Positions 27,728-36,431 of a stretch of DNA of 64,000 nt are shown one piece after another. The notes under the pieces are model-generated. The model did not search any database. It was not told where the DNA came from and worked only from the letters and a program-made list of their open reading frames with translations. Every line of letters begins with the position of its first letter. Within the stretch, counting starts at the first letter, position 1. The position numbers and the translations under genes are program-made. The DNA comes from an uncultured Psychroflexus sp. (GTDB taxonomy: Bacteria; Bacteroidota; Bacteroidia; Flavobacteriales; Flavobacteriaceae): the NCBI GenBank assembly GCA_913062845.1, contig CAJXVZ010000007.1, forward strand, positions 4,209-68,208, given 5' to 3'.

Positions 27728-28780
27728 TTATAGGTTTTGAAGTTGGAGTAGAGGTAGTTTAACCAGAAAGGCATCTTCGGTTTTTTCAACCAGGCACTTT
27801 TCATCTGTAAAGAGTTTATATCTGGATTTTATATTATCCAGCCCAATGCCATTTCTTTTTTGAGGTGTGTCTCCTTGTTTGGGTTGATAATTGTTTTTGA
27901 CAACCAAAAGTGTGTTTTCAATGTAAATTTTAATCTTCAAAGGTGAATGTTCAGAGATGGTGTTGTGTTTGATGGCATTTTCCAGCAAAAGTTGAAGAGA
28001 AAGCGGTATGACTTTAGCATCTATATCTGCGAGATGATCATCTATATGCACATCTATGCTGTTTTCAAAACGCATTTTAAGCAAATCCAGATAGGTCTCT
28101 GCGAATTTTATTTCCTCTTTTAAGGAGACCAGGTCTTTGTGTTTTTGATCAAGCACATAGCGGTAAACCTGAGAAAGACCAATGGTAAAGTCCTGAGCCT
28201 TATCCGGGTCTTCATCTATCAATGCACTCAGCACATTCAAACTGTTGAATAAAAAGTGAGGATCAAGTTGATTTTTTAGGGCATCAAATTTAGCTGAATT
28301 AGATTCTGACTCAAATGTTTTTTCCTTGAGTTTAATGTCCTGAAGGGCTTTGTAAAAATAAAATACATGAAATGCAAGCGTTACTGTAAATGCGATGAGC
28401 ATTGAAAACACATAAGTCTGAAAACTTTCTTCTTCTAAAAACTGGTCTACGCTTAGACCTTCTATAAATACCAAATGAGAAAACCTTGCCAGGAAAAAGG
28501 CCAGGGTAGACCACAGTACCGAGCCTGTTATGCCCAGAACGACCAATTTCTTGGCATCTCTGTCCCAGGAATATTTTGAGTATAAGATATCAAACCCAAC
28601 AACATTTGCAATCGTAATGAAAAATGCGTAAATAAAACTGATTAAAAAATATTCAAAATTTAGAAGGACATCTATATTGTAGTCCGAAGATATAAAACTT
28701 ATAATTCTAATGAATGCCGAAATGCCGGCAGACAGTAGAGTTAAATTTAAAACTGTTTTGTAAAACTTATTGGTTTTCAT
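27728..28780 (-). CDS. LytS/YehU-type sensor histidine kinase (multi-TM sensor)
   Basis: 350-aa ORF with 4 TM helices, then His_kinase motif LDPHFLFNSLNVLSALI and an HATPase-like C-terminus (NGIGLDNIKSRY). Confidence 0.85.
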   Translation of the reverse strand: MKTNKFYKTVLNLTLLSAGISAFIRIISFISSDYNIDVLLNFEYFLISFIYAFFITIANVVGFDILYSKYSWDRDAKKLVVLGITGSVLWSTLAFFLARFSHLVFIEGLSVDQFLEEESFQTYVFSMLIAFTVTLAFHVFYFYKALQDIKLKEKTFESESNSAKFDALKNQLDPHFLFNSLNVLSALIDEDPDKAQDFTIGLSQVYRYVLDQKHKDLVSLKEEIKFAETYLDLLKMRFENSIDVHIDDHLADIDAKVIPLSLQLLLENAIKHNTISEHSPLKIKIYIENTLLVVKNNYQPKQGDTPQKRNGIGLDNIKSRYKLFTDEKCLVEKTEDAFLVKLPLLQLQNL

Positions 28781-28877
28781 GTTTTTTCTTCAAATATCAA
28801 AGATAGAGTAGAGGCTATAAAATTAAAACTACCGAACGGTTAAAATAAGCGGATGAACTGTATTTCTAAACAGAATA

Positions 28878-28913
28878 AACAAAAAAACCACTTAATTATT
28901 AATTAAGTGGTTT
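28878..28913 (-). terminator. Rho-independent terminator downstream of the redoxin gene
   Basis: 13-bp perfect stem (AAACCACTTAATT / AATTAAGTGGTTT) followed by a T-run on the minus strand. Confidence 0.6.
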
Positions 28914-28935
28914 CAAAAAGAGATAAAAGTCATGC

Positions 28936-29436
28936 TTATTTTTGGAGCAAAACTTTAAAAGGTTCAATAATTTTTTGCTCTCCCGGAAAGGAATCAATTA
29001 GCTTCCCTTTTTTATCATACAAAAAACTATGCGGGAAAACGCCTACCGAAAAAGCATCAGCAAACCTGTAGTCTTCATCATAGATAACTTCCATGTTATC
29101 CAATTTTAAAAGATTAGGAGCTAATTCTTTAAAAAACACTGTTGTTTCTTCAACCGTTCCGGCAGAAACAGGATATATCTTCAGCTTTTTTATATCCAGA
29201 ATTTTGTGGTTAATATTCAAGGTTTTAAAAGCAGTTTTACAATGCCCGCAAGTTGGATTAAAATAAATAAAAACGATATCTTTATTTTTAGCCAAGTCCT
29301 TATCGGTAAAGACTGATCCATCTTCGGCAAATATTGAAAACTCAGGCATTTCTTTTGGAAGTTCAACTTCTCTTTCCTGAGCGTAAATCATTTGAAATGA
29401 CATCATTATGAATAAAACTAATAAATTAACTCTCAT
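28936..29436 (-). CDS. Secreted thioredoxin-fold thiol:disulfide oxidoreductase (TlpA/redoxin-like)
   Basis: 166-aa ORF with a signal peptide and CxxC motif CGHC. Confidence 0.75.
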   Translation of the reverse strand: MRVNLLVLFIMMSFQMIYAQEREVELPKEMPEFSIFAEDGSVFTDKDLAKNKDIVFIYFNPTCGHCKTAFKTLNINHKILDIKKLKIYPVSAGTVEETTVFFKELAPNLLKLDNMEVIYDEDYRFADAFSVGVFPHSFLYDKKGKLIDSFPGEQKIIEPFKVLLQK

Positions 29437-29447
29437 AACCAGTAGTT

Positions 29448-30854
29448 TTAAATGTGTAAAGCTCTGTCTTCTGTTGCTGCCAATGCCGCTTCTTTTACAG
29501 CTTCCGCATAAGTCGGATGGGCGTGGCTCATTCTCGCCATATCTTCTGCACTTGCTCGGAATTCCATTGCTGTAACAGCTTCTGCGATCAAATCTGCCGC
29601 CCGGGCACCAATCATATGCGCTCCAAGGACTTCATCTGTTTCTTTATGGGAAAGGATCTTGACCAAACCATCTACATCACCACTGGCGCGACTTCTGCCT
29701 AAAGCACGCATTGGGAATTGCCCAACTTTATATTCTACGCCGTCTTCTTTCAGTTGTTCTTCCGTTCTGCCAACCGACGCTACTTCAGGCCAGGTATAAA
29801 CAACGTTTGGAATAAGGTTATAATCGATATGTGGTTTTTGACCGGCAATCACTTCAGCTACAAAAGAGCCTTCTTCCTCAGCCTTGTGTGCCAACATTGC
29901 TCCATGAACCACATCGCCAATGGCATAAATGTTTTCAGCAGCGGTTTGTAATTTTTCATTAACTTCTACCTGTCCTTTATCATTAATTTTAACCCCTGCA
30001 TTTTCAGCGTTTAATCCAGTGGTATAGGGCTTTCGGCCAACAGACACAAGGCAGTAGTCGCCTTCAAATACAACTTCATTACCTTTTTTGTCATCGGCTT
30101 TTACGGTAATCTTATCGCCCTCTCTTTCAACAGATTTTACCTTATGGGAAAGTTTGAACTTTACTTTTTGTTTTTTCATAACTTTCATCAGTTCCTTACT
30201 CAAGGCTTTGTCCATTGTCGGGATGATTCTGTCCATGTATTCAATGACTGTAACTTCAGCGCCAAGTCTTTTATATACCTGACCTAATTCCAGTCCAATT
30301 ACGCCACCACCAATCATAATGAGGTGCTTAGGTATTTCTTTCAGAGATAAGGCTTCGGTAGATGTAATTATCCGTTCCTTATCTATTTCCAGGAACGGTA
30401 AAGAATTTGGTTTACTACCTGTTGCTATAATGGTATTTTTGGCTTCAATTTCTGTTGTTTTATCATCCTTGTGTGTGATCACAATATGGGTCTTATCTTT
30501 AAATGCTCCTACACCTTCAAAAGAAGTAATATTGTTTTTGTCCATCAAAAAGTCAATACCTTTTGTGGTCTGTTCAACAACGCTGTTTTTGCGTTCAATC
30601 ATTTTTTGGAAATTCAAACTGACATCACCTTTTATTTCAATACCATGTTCTTCAAAATGTTTTAAGGCGTCCTCATAGTGATGGGAGGAATCCAATAAAG
30701 CTTTTGAAGGAATACAGCCTACATTAAGACAAGTTCCGCCTTTGGTTGAATACTTTTCAATTATTGCGGTTTTAAGACCGAGTTGAGCACAACGAATGGC
30801 AGCTACATATCCACCAGGTCCTGAACCTATAACTGCAACATCAAATGAATCCAT
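29448..30854 (-). CDS. lpdA: Dihydrolipoyl dehydrogenase (E3)
   Basis: 468-aa ORF with GSGPGGY FAD motif, redox disulfide GGTCLNVGCIPSK and C-terminal HAHPT. Confidence 0.93.
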   Translation of the reverse strand: MDSFDVAVIGSGPGGYVAAIRCAQLGLKTAIIEKYSTKGGTCLNVGCIPSKALLDSSHHYEDALKHFEEHGIEIKGDVSLNFQKMIERKNSVVEQTTKGIDFLMDKNNITSFEGVGAFKDKTHIVITHKDDKTTEIEAKNTIIATGSKPNSLPFLEIDKERIITSTEALSLKEIPKHLIMIGGGVIGLELGQVYKRLGAEVTVIEYMDRIIPTMDKALSKELMKVMKKQKVKFKLSHKVKSVEREGDKITVKADDKKGNEVVFEGDYCLVSVGRKPYTTGLNAENAGVKINDKGQVEVNEKLQTAAENIYAIGDVVHGAMLAHKAEEEGSFVAEVIAGQKPHIDYNLIPNVVYTWPEVASVGRTEEQLKEDGVEYKVGQFPMRALGRSRASGDVDGLVKILSHKETDEVLGAHMIGARAADLIAEAVTAMEFRASAEDMARMSHAHPTYAEAVKEAALAATEDRALHI

Positions 30855-31033
30855 ATAATTTTTTTAAATTTAAATTTGGGTTTAAAATTACGACTTCTCT
30901 TAGAATTAATCGATATATTTTAGAAATTGTTAATCTGTTATAGTCTTGTTTTTTGCCTAATTAAACATTTATTTCAGATTTGAAATATATTTATTTTTAT
31001 AAAGATATAACCTGGTTATAAACTCTTCAGAAA

Positions 31034-31065
31034 CCAAAAAAACGTGAAAGCCGAGCCTTCACGTT
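31034..31065 (-). terminator. Rho-independent terminator downstream of the peroxiredoxin gene
   Basis: 8-bp stem AACGTGAA/TTCACGTT with a GC-rich loop, followed by a T-run on the minus strand. Confidence 0.55.
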
Positions 31066-31086
31066 AATTGGTATATTTTTTTTCAG

Positions 31087-31758
31087 TTAGAACTGCTTTT
31101 TTGCCAGATACCAGGTTGTCTTTTCAACAGAATTATCTGCAAGCCTGTTCTCATAATCCTTTAAAGTTTTTGGTGGAGGTACAATGGCCTTGTCGCCTTT
31201 TTTCCAGTCCAAAGGGCAGGCTACAGAATTTTCATCAGAAAACTGAAGGGCTTCCAATGCTCTTAAAATTTCATCCATATTTCTGCCAACATTCAATGGA
31301 TAGTACATGATGAGCCTGATCTTTTTGTCAGGATCTATAAAAAATACTGCTCTAACGGCTGCAGTTTCGCTTTCATTGGGTTGTAACATTCCATAGAGTT
31401 TAGAAACCTTCATATCAATATCTGCAATAATTGGGAAGTCCATGTAAACACCGGTGCTTTGTTTAACACTATCAACCCAGCCGATATGCGAGTGAATAGA
31501 ATCAATACTTAATCCCAGTAATTCCGTATTCAGCTCTTCAAATTCTTTTTTTCTGAGAGCAAATCCAGTCATTTCAGTTGTACAAACCGGTGTAAAATCC
31601 GCTGGATGAGAAAACATGACGGTCCATTTGTCTTTTGCAAATTCAGACATTTTTATTTTACCTGTTGTTGTCAGCGCTTCAAAGTCTGGAGCCTGATCGC
31701 CAATTCTTGGCATTTGTGTTGTTTGATTTACAGTGTTAACTTCTTTTAGATTGTCCAT
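31087..31758 (-). CDS. Peroxiredoxin (Prx6/1-Cys-like)
   Basis: Active-site motif FTPVCTTE. Start moved to the internal ATG (MDNLKEV). The upstream extension is AT-rich non-coding-like. Confidence 0.88.
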   Translation of the reverse strand: MDNLKEVNTVNQTTQMPRIGDQAPDFEALTTTGKIKMSEFAKDKWTVMFSHPADFTPVCTTEMTGFALRKKEFEELNTELLGLSIDSIHSHIGWVDSVKQSTGVYMDFPIIADIDMKVSKLYGMLQPNESETAAVRAVFFIDPDKKIRLIMYYPLNVGRNMDEILRALEALQFSDENSVACPLDWKKGDKAIVPPPKTLKDYENRLADNSVEKTTWYLAKKQF

Positions 31759-31953
31759 AATATTCTTTTTTTTAATTATGGTACAAAAATAAGATATATC
31801 TATTGTTTTAATTGTAACAATAGTTACAGACAATGGCAAATAATGCTTTGAATGCAGTTTTTATGATAAAAAAATTTATAATATGCTGGTAATGAGTTTA
31901 ATGCATTTAGTATGCATTTAAAATGATTAATAAACTTATGTAGATTAAGAGTC

Positions 31954-32976
31954 TTATCGGCTCAAATCAATACTCACGCCAAAAAAGCTCGTATTAGCAG
32001 CTCTGTTGAACCTGGTGTAGCTATAATTGATTCTGACTTTGTTGAACTTAATACTCAACCCGGCACTTAGACCGGCAAAAGACCTTTGGTCTTCAATTCT
32101 TAATTCCTCACCACGCCTGAAATTATAACCAACCTGAACGTTAAAGCCACTTTCAGGAAAAAATTCCAGGCCTAAAATAGTTCTTCTGAAAATATTGGCG
32201 AAAAAACCGGGATCGTCTTCCGTAACATTGCCTGTCAGATCCACTTCGTCTCTGGCTGAATTTCCAAAAGCAACATTCCATTCCTGAAGATTGTCCAGTG
32301 TAACGTGCCAGCGAAAGGGCAGCCTGTCCAGTTTTTGAGAAATCCCAAAAATAAGTTCCAGCGGCAGATTTTCTCTTATTTCGTTGAATGGTTTGAGTTG
32401 GTATCCTAAATTACGTATAACTCCCGATATGATAAGGTTTGAATATTCGTTTCTGTAGGTTAAGCCTATGTCTGTGGCCACGCCAAAAGACGTGAAAGAC
32501 TCTAATCGGGAGGATATAAACTTTGCATTTGCACCGAGGTGAAAATCACTTCGCCCTAATTGTTGTTGATAACCGACGGAAAGTGCGGCTTCACTTCCGC
32601 TAAAGTCTCCGGTAGCATTGGCATTTTCGTCAAAACCATTAAAGTTGCCGTAATTTACATAGGTTATTCCGGCTTGAACAACACGGGTCCTTCGATTGAA
32701 GAAATGCGCGTAAGAAGCAGTCCCGTAGTTTATATCTCCGACAAAATTCATATAATTAAGCACCATCTGATTATCCATGGCATCATTAATGAGAGCGGGA
32801 TTGTTTAAAGCAGAGGTTGGATCATAATTCACCAGGGTTACATTTTTACCACCTAAGGCGGCGTGCCTTGGCGATACCGGCAGGTTAAGAAACTGATATG
32901 TATTTTGACCTCCAATTTGTGCCTGAAGCAATAATGGAGTAAATATAAAAGAAAAATAAACCAGAAGTTTTCTCAT
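31954..32976 (-). CDS. porQ: Type IX secretion system outer-membrane protein PorQ-like
   Basis: 340-aa ORF with a signal peptide. The N-terminal GGQNTYQFLNLPVSPRHAALGG motif and beta-barrel pattern match my recollection of the PorQ family. Confidence 0.7.
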   Translation of the reverse strand: MRKLLVYFSFIFTPLLLQAQIGGQNTYQFLNLPVSPRHAALGGKNVTLVNYDPTSALNNPALINDAMDNQMVLNYMNFVGDINYGTASYAHFFNRRTRVVQAGITYVNYGNFNGFDENANATGDFSGSEAALSVGYQQQLGRSDFHLGANAKFISSRLESFTSFGVATDIGLTYRNEYSNLIISGVIRNLGYQLKPFNEIRENLPLELIFGISQKLDRLPFRWHVTLDNLQEWNVAFGNSARDEVDLTGNVTEDDPGFFANIFRRTILGLEFFPESGFNVQVGYNFRRGEELRIEDQRSFAGLSAGLSIKFNKVRINYSYTRFNRAANTSFFGVSIDLSR

Positions 32977-33085
32977 TTAAAACAGACAAAATACAAGCAT
33001 GCAATATAAACGTATTTATCGGGAATATATTTTTATTTGGAGGATATGAACGTCAAATGGAGGTTTGTATATAGAAAGATGCTGC

Positions 33086-34552
33086 TTAACCTATTTTATA
33101 ACCAACATTTTCTATTTTTTTGTAATCTCTTTTAAACATGTTTTGTTCCTTGATCATTTCCACAGTTTGCTTTGGTAGTAGGTCTTCCCAGCCTTTTTTA
33201 CCTTCGGCTATCATGCTGAGTACCTCTCTGGAGAAAATACCGAGGTTTGATTCATCATAATCTTCGATATCCACAACGCGACCGTTATTTTTAAAGAACT
33301 TGTAAAGCTCCTTCATTCTCGGATGAACCTTTAAATTTTCACTGGTAATGATCTCACCTGTTTCCTGATTTTTATAAGGATATAAATATACCTTCAAGTC
33401 TTTGAAGAATAATTTACCAAACGCCTCAAGAATACCACCGCTCAAGTGCCTGTAATAGCGTTCGTCAAATACATCTATAAGGTTGTTTACACCCATAGCT
33501 ATGCCCATACGCTCCTTGGAATATTTTGAAAGATATTCAACGAGCTTGTAGTATTCCTGGAAATTTGATATCATCACAGTTTGCCCTAGATGGCATAACA
33601 GATCAGCTCTGTCAAGAAAATCTTCTTCGTTAATTTCACCTTCAGACCTTAAATTGGATAAGGTGATTTCAAAGACAACCTGTGTCTGGTCCTGGCTGAC
33701 TTTTCTTTCTTTCTGAAACAATTCAAGAGAATTTTTGTAAATATCAAGGTTTACTTTTGTAACAGGTCTGAAACTTCCTCTCAAGGCTAAAATATTCTTT
33801 TTGTATAAAACACTGGCAGGCAATACGTTATTACCGTTCGGGGCAAACATGACCGCATCTGTCATACCGTTTTTGACCAACTGAAGGCTCATCAGGCGGT
33901 TATCTACACTCTTGAACCTTGGGCCTGAGAAATTGATCGTGTCAATTTCTAGCTGGTCTTTGTCCAGGTGGTTGTAGAGGTTTTTTAAAATATCTTTTGC
34001 ACTATCGTAATTATAGTATGCGCCGTATATCAGGTTTACGCCTAAAACACCAAGCGTTATCTGTTGGTGCTTTGCATCATTTTCCTTAAAACGAATATGT
34101 AATACAATCTTATTGTAACCTTCATCAGGTTTTACCTGGTATTTTATTCCGACCCAGCCATGACCTTTATATTTTTTAGCAAAGTCTATAGTTGCGACGG
34201 TATTGGCATAGGTAAAAAACAATTTTTCAGGATGTTTGCGTCTTATGATCCTTTCCTCAATAAGTCTTGTTTCATGGTCAAGCATCTTGTGGAGACGGTT
34301 TTCAGTAACATACCTTCTGTCTGCCTCCATTCCATAAATGGCATCACTAAAGTCTTTGTCATATGCACTCATGGTTTTGGCAATTGTACCACTTGCACCA
34401 CCGGCTCTGAAGAAATTCCTTACTGTTTCCTGACCTGCGCCAATTTCGGCAAACGTACCATAGATATTTTTGTTGAGATTTACCCTAAGTGCTTTATTTT
34501 TAATAGATAGTACCTTGTCAAAGTCCTGATCTCCATCTACAGAAACAGCCAT
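33086..34552 (-). CDS. Conserved protein of unknown function (488 aa, soluble)
   Basis: Long intact ORF with normal codon usage. I can assign no catalytic motif (N-terminal GTFAEIGAGQETVRNFFRAGGASG). Confidence 0.6.
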   Translation of the reverse strand: MAVSVDGDQDFDKVLSIKNKALRVNLNKNIYGTFAEIGAGQETVRNFFRAGGASGTIAKTMSAYDKDFSDAIYGMEADRRYVTENRLHKMLDHETRLIEERIIRRKHPEKLFFTYANTVATIDFAKKYKGHGWVGIKYQVKPDEGYNKIVLHIRFKENDAKHQQITLGVLGVNLIYGAYYNYDSAKDILKNLYNHLDKDQLEIDTINFSGPRFKSVDNRLMSLQLVKNGMTDAVMFAPNGNNVLPASVLYKKNILALRGSFRPVTKVNLDIYKNSLELFQKERKVSQDQTQVVFEITLSNLRSEGEINEEDFLDRADLLCHLGQTVMISNFQEYYKLVEYLSKYSKERMGIAMGVNNLIDVFDERYYRHLSGGILEAFGKLFFKDLKVYLYPYKNQETGEIITSENLKVHPRMKELYKFFKNNGRVVDIEDYDESNLGIFSREVLSMIAEGKKGWEDLLPKQTVEMIKEQNMFKRDYKKIENVGYKIG

Positions 34553-34651
34553 TTATTATAGTTTTTTAGAATAATGTTATAACTATAACAAAGATAACAT
34601 ATTGCCATACCTTACAAAATATATTATATATTTTTGTGAAAATTATTCCTT

Positions 34652-35413
34652 TTGAAAATCACATTTTTAGGCACAGGAACTTCGCAGGGTATTCCCATAA
34701 TTGGAAGTGATCATCCTGTATGCAAGAGTAACAATCCAAAAGACAAAAGATTAAGGGTATCTATACTTATAGAATGGGAAGATTATGCCTACGTTGTTGA
34801 TACAGGACCAGATTTCAGACAGCAAATGCTGGCCAATCCTATCAAAAATCTGAATGGCATTTTGTTTACACACGAACATAATGACCATATTGCCGGTCTG
34901 GATGATGTTCGACCGTTCTATTTCCGTCAGGGTGATATTTCTATTTATGCACACAATCGTGTTTTGGATGCCCTAAAGAGAAGGTTCGATTATGTGTTTG
35001 CTGTCAAAAATAAATATCCCGGTGCACCAACACTCCAGGAAAATATTATTAAAGACGAACCTTTTCAATTAAAAAACAAAACGGTTATTCCCATAAATGT
35101 ATATCACGGAAAATTACAGGTATATGGTTTTAGAATAGATGATTTTGCATACATCACTGATGCTAAAACTATACCTGAAAAATCCATGGAACAGCTTAAA
35201 GGTGTAAAATACCTGGTTTTAAATGCGCTTAGGAAAGAACCACACTACACACACTTGAATGTAGAAGAAGCCTTAGAGATAGTAGACATTCTAAAGCCAC
35301 AAAAAACTTATTTCACCCACATAAGTCATCATTTGGGCTTCCATGATGAAGTTCAGCAAGAGTTGCCTCAAAATGTGTTTTTGGCTTATGATAATCTTCA
35401 AATAGACGTCTGA
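34652..35413 (+). CDS. MBL-fold metallo-hydrolase (PhnP/GPAT-like)
   Basis: 253-aa ORF with HxHxDH motif THEHNDHIAG. TTG start. Confidence 0.8.
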   Translation: MKITFLGTGTSQGIPIIGSDHPVCKSNNPKDKRLRVSILIEWEDYAYVVDTGPDFRQQMLANPIKNLNGILFTHEHNDHIAGLDDVRPFYFRQGDISIYAHNRVLDALKRRFDYVFAVKNKYPGAPTLQENIIKDEPFQLKNKTVIPINVYHGKLQVYGFRIDDFAYITDAKTIPEKSMEQLKGVKYLVLNALRKEPHYTHLNVEEALEIVDILKPQKTYFTHISHHLGFHDEVQQELPQNVFLAYDNLQIDV

Positions 35414-35553
35414 TGAGAGAAAAAATATTTATGTTTTTATTCTTTTTTATGTTGCTGCTATCGGTATATATTTATATCAATGCCGAAAAAACAATGATGC
35501 TGAAAGATGCAGAAATAAACAAGCTTCAAGAAAAACTTGAAGCTTGCCAATAA
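35413..35553 (+). CDS. Possible unannotated 46-aa single-TM small protein
   Basis: Hand-translated: MREKIFMFLFFFMLLLSVYIYINAEKTMMLKDAEINKLQEKLEACQ. The ATG overlaps the upstream stop (TGATG). Below the ORF-track size cut-off. Confidence 0.35.
   Translation: MREKIFMFLFFFMLLLSVYIYINAEKTMMLKDAEINKLQEKLEACQ
35521..35545. terminator. Perfect 10-bp hairpin (AAGCTTCAAG-AAAAA-CTTGAAGCTT) between convergent genes
   Basis: Read directly. It lies between the MBL hydrolase/small ORF (+) and proteorhodopsin (-). No strong T-run follows, so terminator function is uncertain. Confidence 0.35.
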
Positions 35554-35570
35554 TTTTATGTTTACTTTGA

Positions 35571-36323
35571 TTAGTCTTTAGAAGAATTAACCGCTAAAGT
35601 ATAAACAACTAATCCAAAACCTATTTTGTTTACAGCATCACCAATGTTGTAGACCACATTCATTGATTGTTGTGCTGCTTCGATATCAGATACAAGTTGC
35701 ATTCCAAATAATCCACCTTCGGTACCTAATATGTAACCTAGTGGATAAATTGCCCAACCAACTAATACAAACCAGCATAGTATCTTGTGAGCTTTTAATA
35801 CAAAACCTCCAGCTTGTTCAGCCAGTTTTTTGGCTTCTCCAAACCAAATGATGTAAACAATAATGAAATATGCTATACCAGATATAAGACCCCAAATCCA
35901 CTGCATAGTCGGATCACCAACAGCTATAGCTTCACCGAAGTAACCTGTTACAAGCATAACCACTGACCAGAAAATCAATTTCCACATCAATGATTTTTTA
36001 GCACCAGCTGCTCTTAGAATTAAGAAGAATTCAACACACATTAACGGCACAGTAAGTACCCAGTCAACATATCTGAAGAATGTTGGTGATTCTTGTACAG
36101 CATCCCAATAATCTCTCATGTAAAAATAGTGGACAGCCGCAATGAAAGTAATCAATCCGGAAACTAATACTGAGGTTCTCCATTTTTTATCAAACTGGTT
36201 GAGTGATAAAAAGAAAAAGGCCGAAGCCGCCATCATAGCCATACTTCCTACGAAGAAAGTGAAGCCGGTGTAATCGTCATTAGCGATTTTTGACATCTCG
36301 CTTAAAAATAGTAATGTTCTCAT
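35571..36323 (-). CDS. Proteorhodopsin (DTE-motif light-driven proton pump, Met at spectral-tuning position)
   Basis: Helix C reads RYVDWVLTVPLMCVEF (D, T, E and M at the GPR-97/101/108/105 equivalents). The Schiff-base Lys lies in NIGDAVNKIGFG. Seven hydrophobic segments. Confidence 0.92.
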   Translation of the reverse strand: MRTLLFLSEMSKIANDDYTGFTFFVGSMAMMAASAFFFLSLNQFDKKWRTSVLVSGLITFIAAVHYFYMRDYWDAVQESPTFFRYVDWVLTVPLMCVEFFLILRAAGAKKSLMWKLIFWSVVMLVTGYFGEAIAVGDPTMQWIWGLISGIAYFIIVYIIWFGEAKKLAEQAGGFVLKAHKILCWFVLVGWAIYPLGYILGTEGGLFGMQLVSDIEAAQQSMNVVYNIGDAVNKIGFGLVVYTLAVNSSKD

Positions 36324-36351
36324 AGCATTTAAAATTTAGTTTTTGTTTAAT

Positions 36352-36359
36352 CAAATATA
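36352..36359 (-). promoter_or_regulatory. Candidate -7 box (TATATTTG on minus strand) for proteorhodopsin
   Basis: TAnnTTTG about 29 nt upstream of the start codon. Confidence 0.35.
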
Positions 36360-36431
36360 TCAAAGAATTGAACAGAATATTTGAATCAATAATTTTATTT
36401 GCTTAATTTTAGCACCTATTCAAAATATTAA

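Noticed and set aside
28936-31758. Redoxin-lpdA-peroxiredoxin (plus the distant oxyR-like gene) as a novel oxidative-stress system.
   Set aside because: All components are standard, they are separated by terminators and spacers, and their adjacency is unremarkable.
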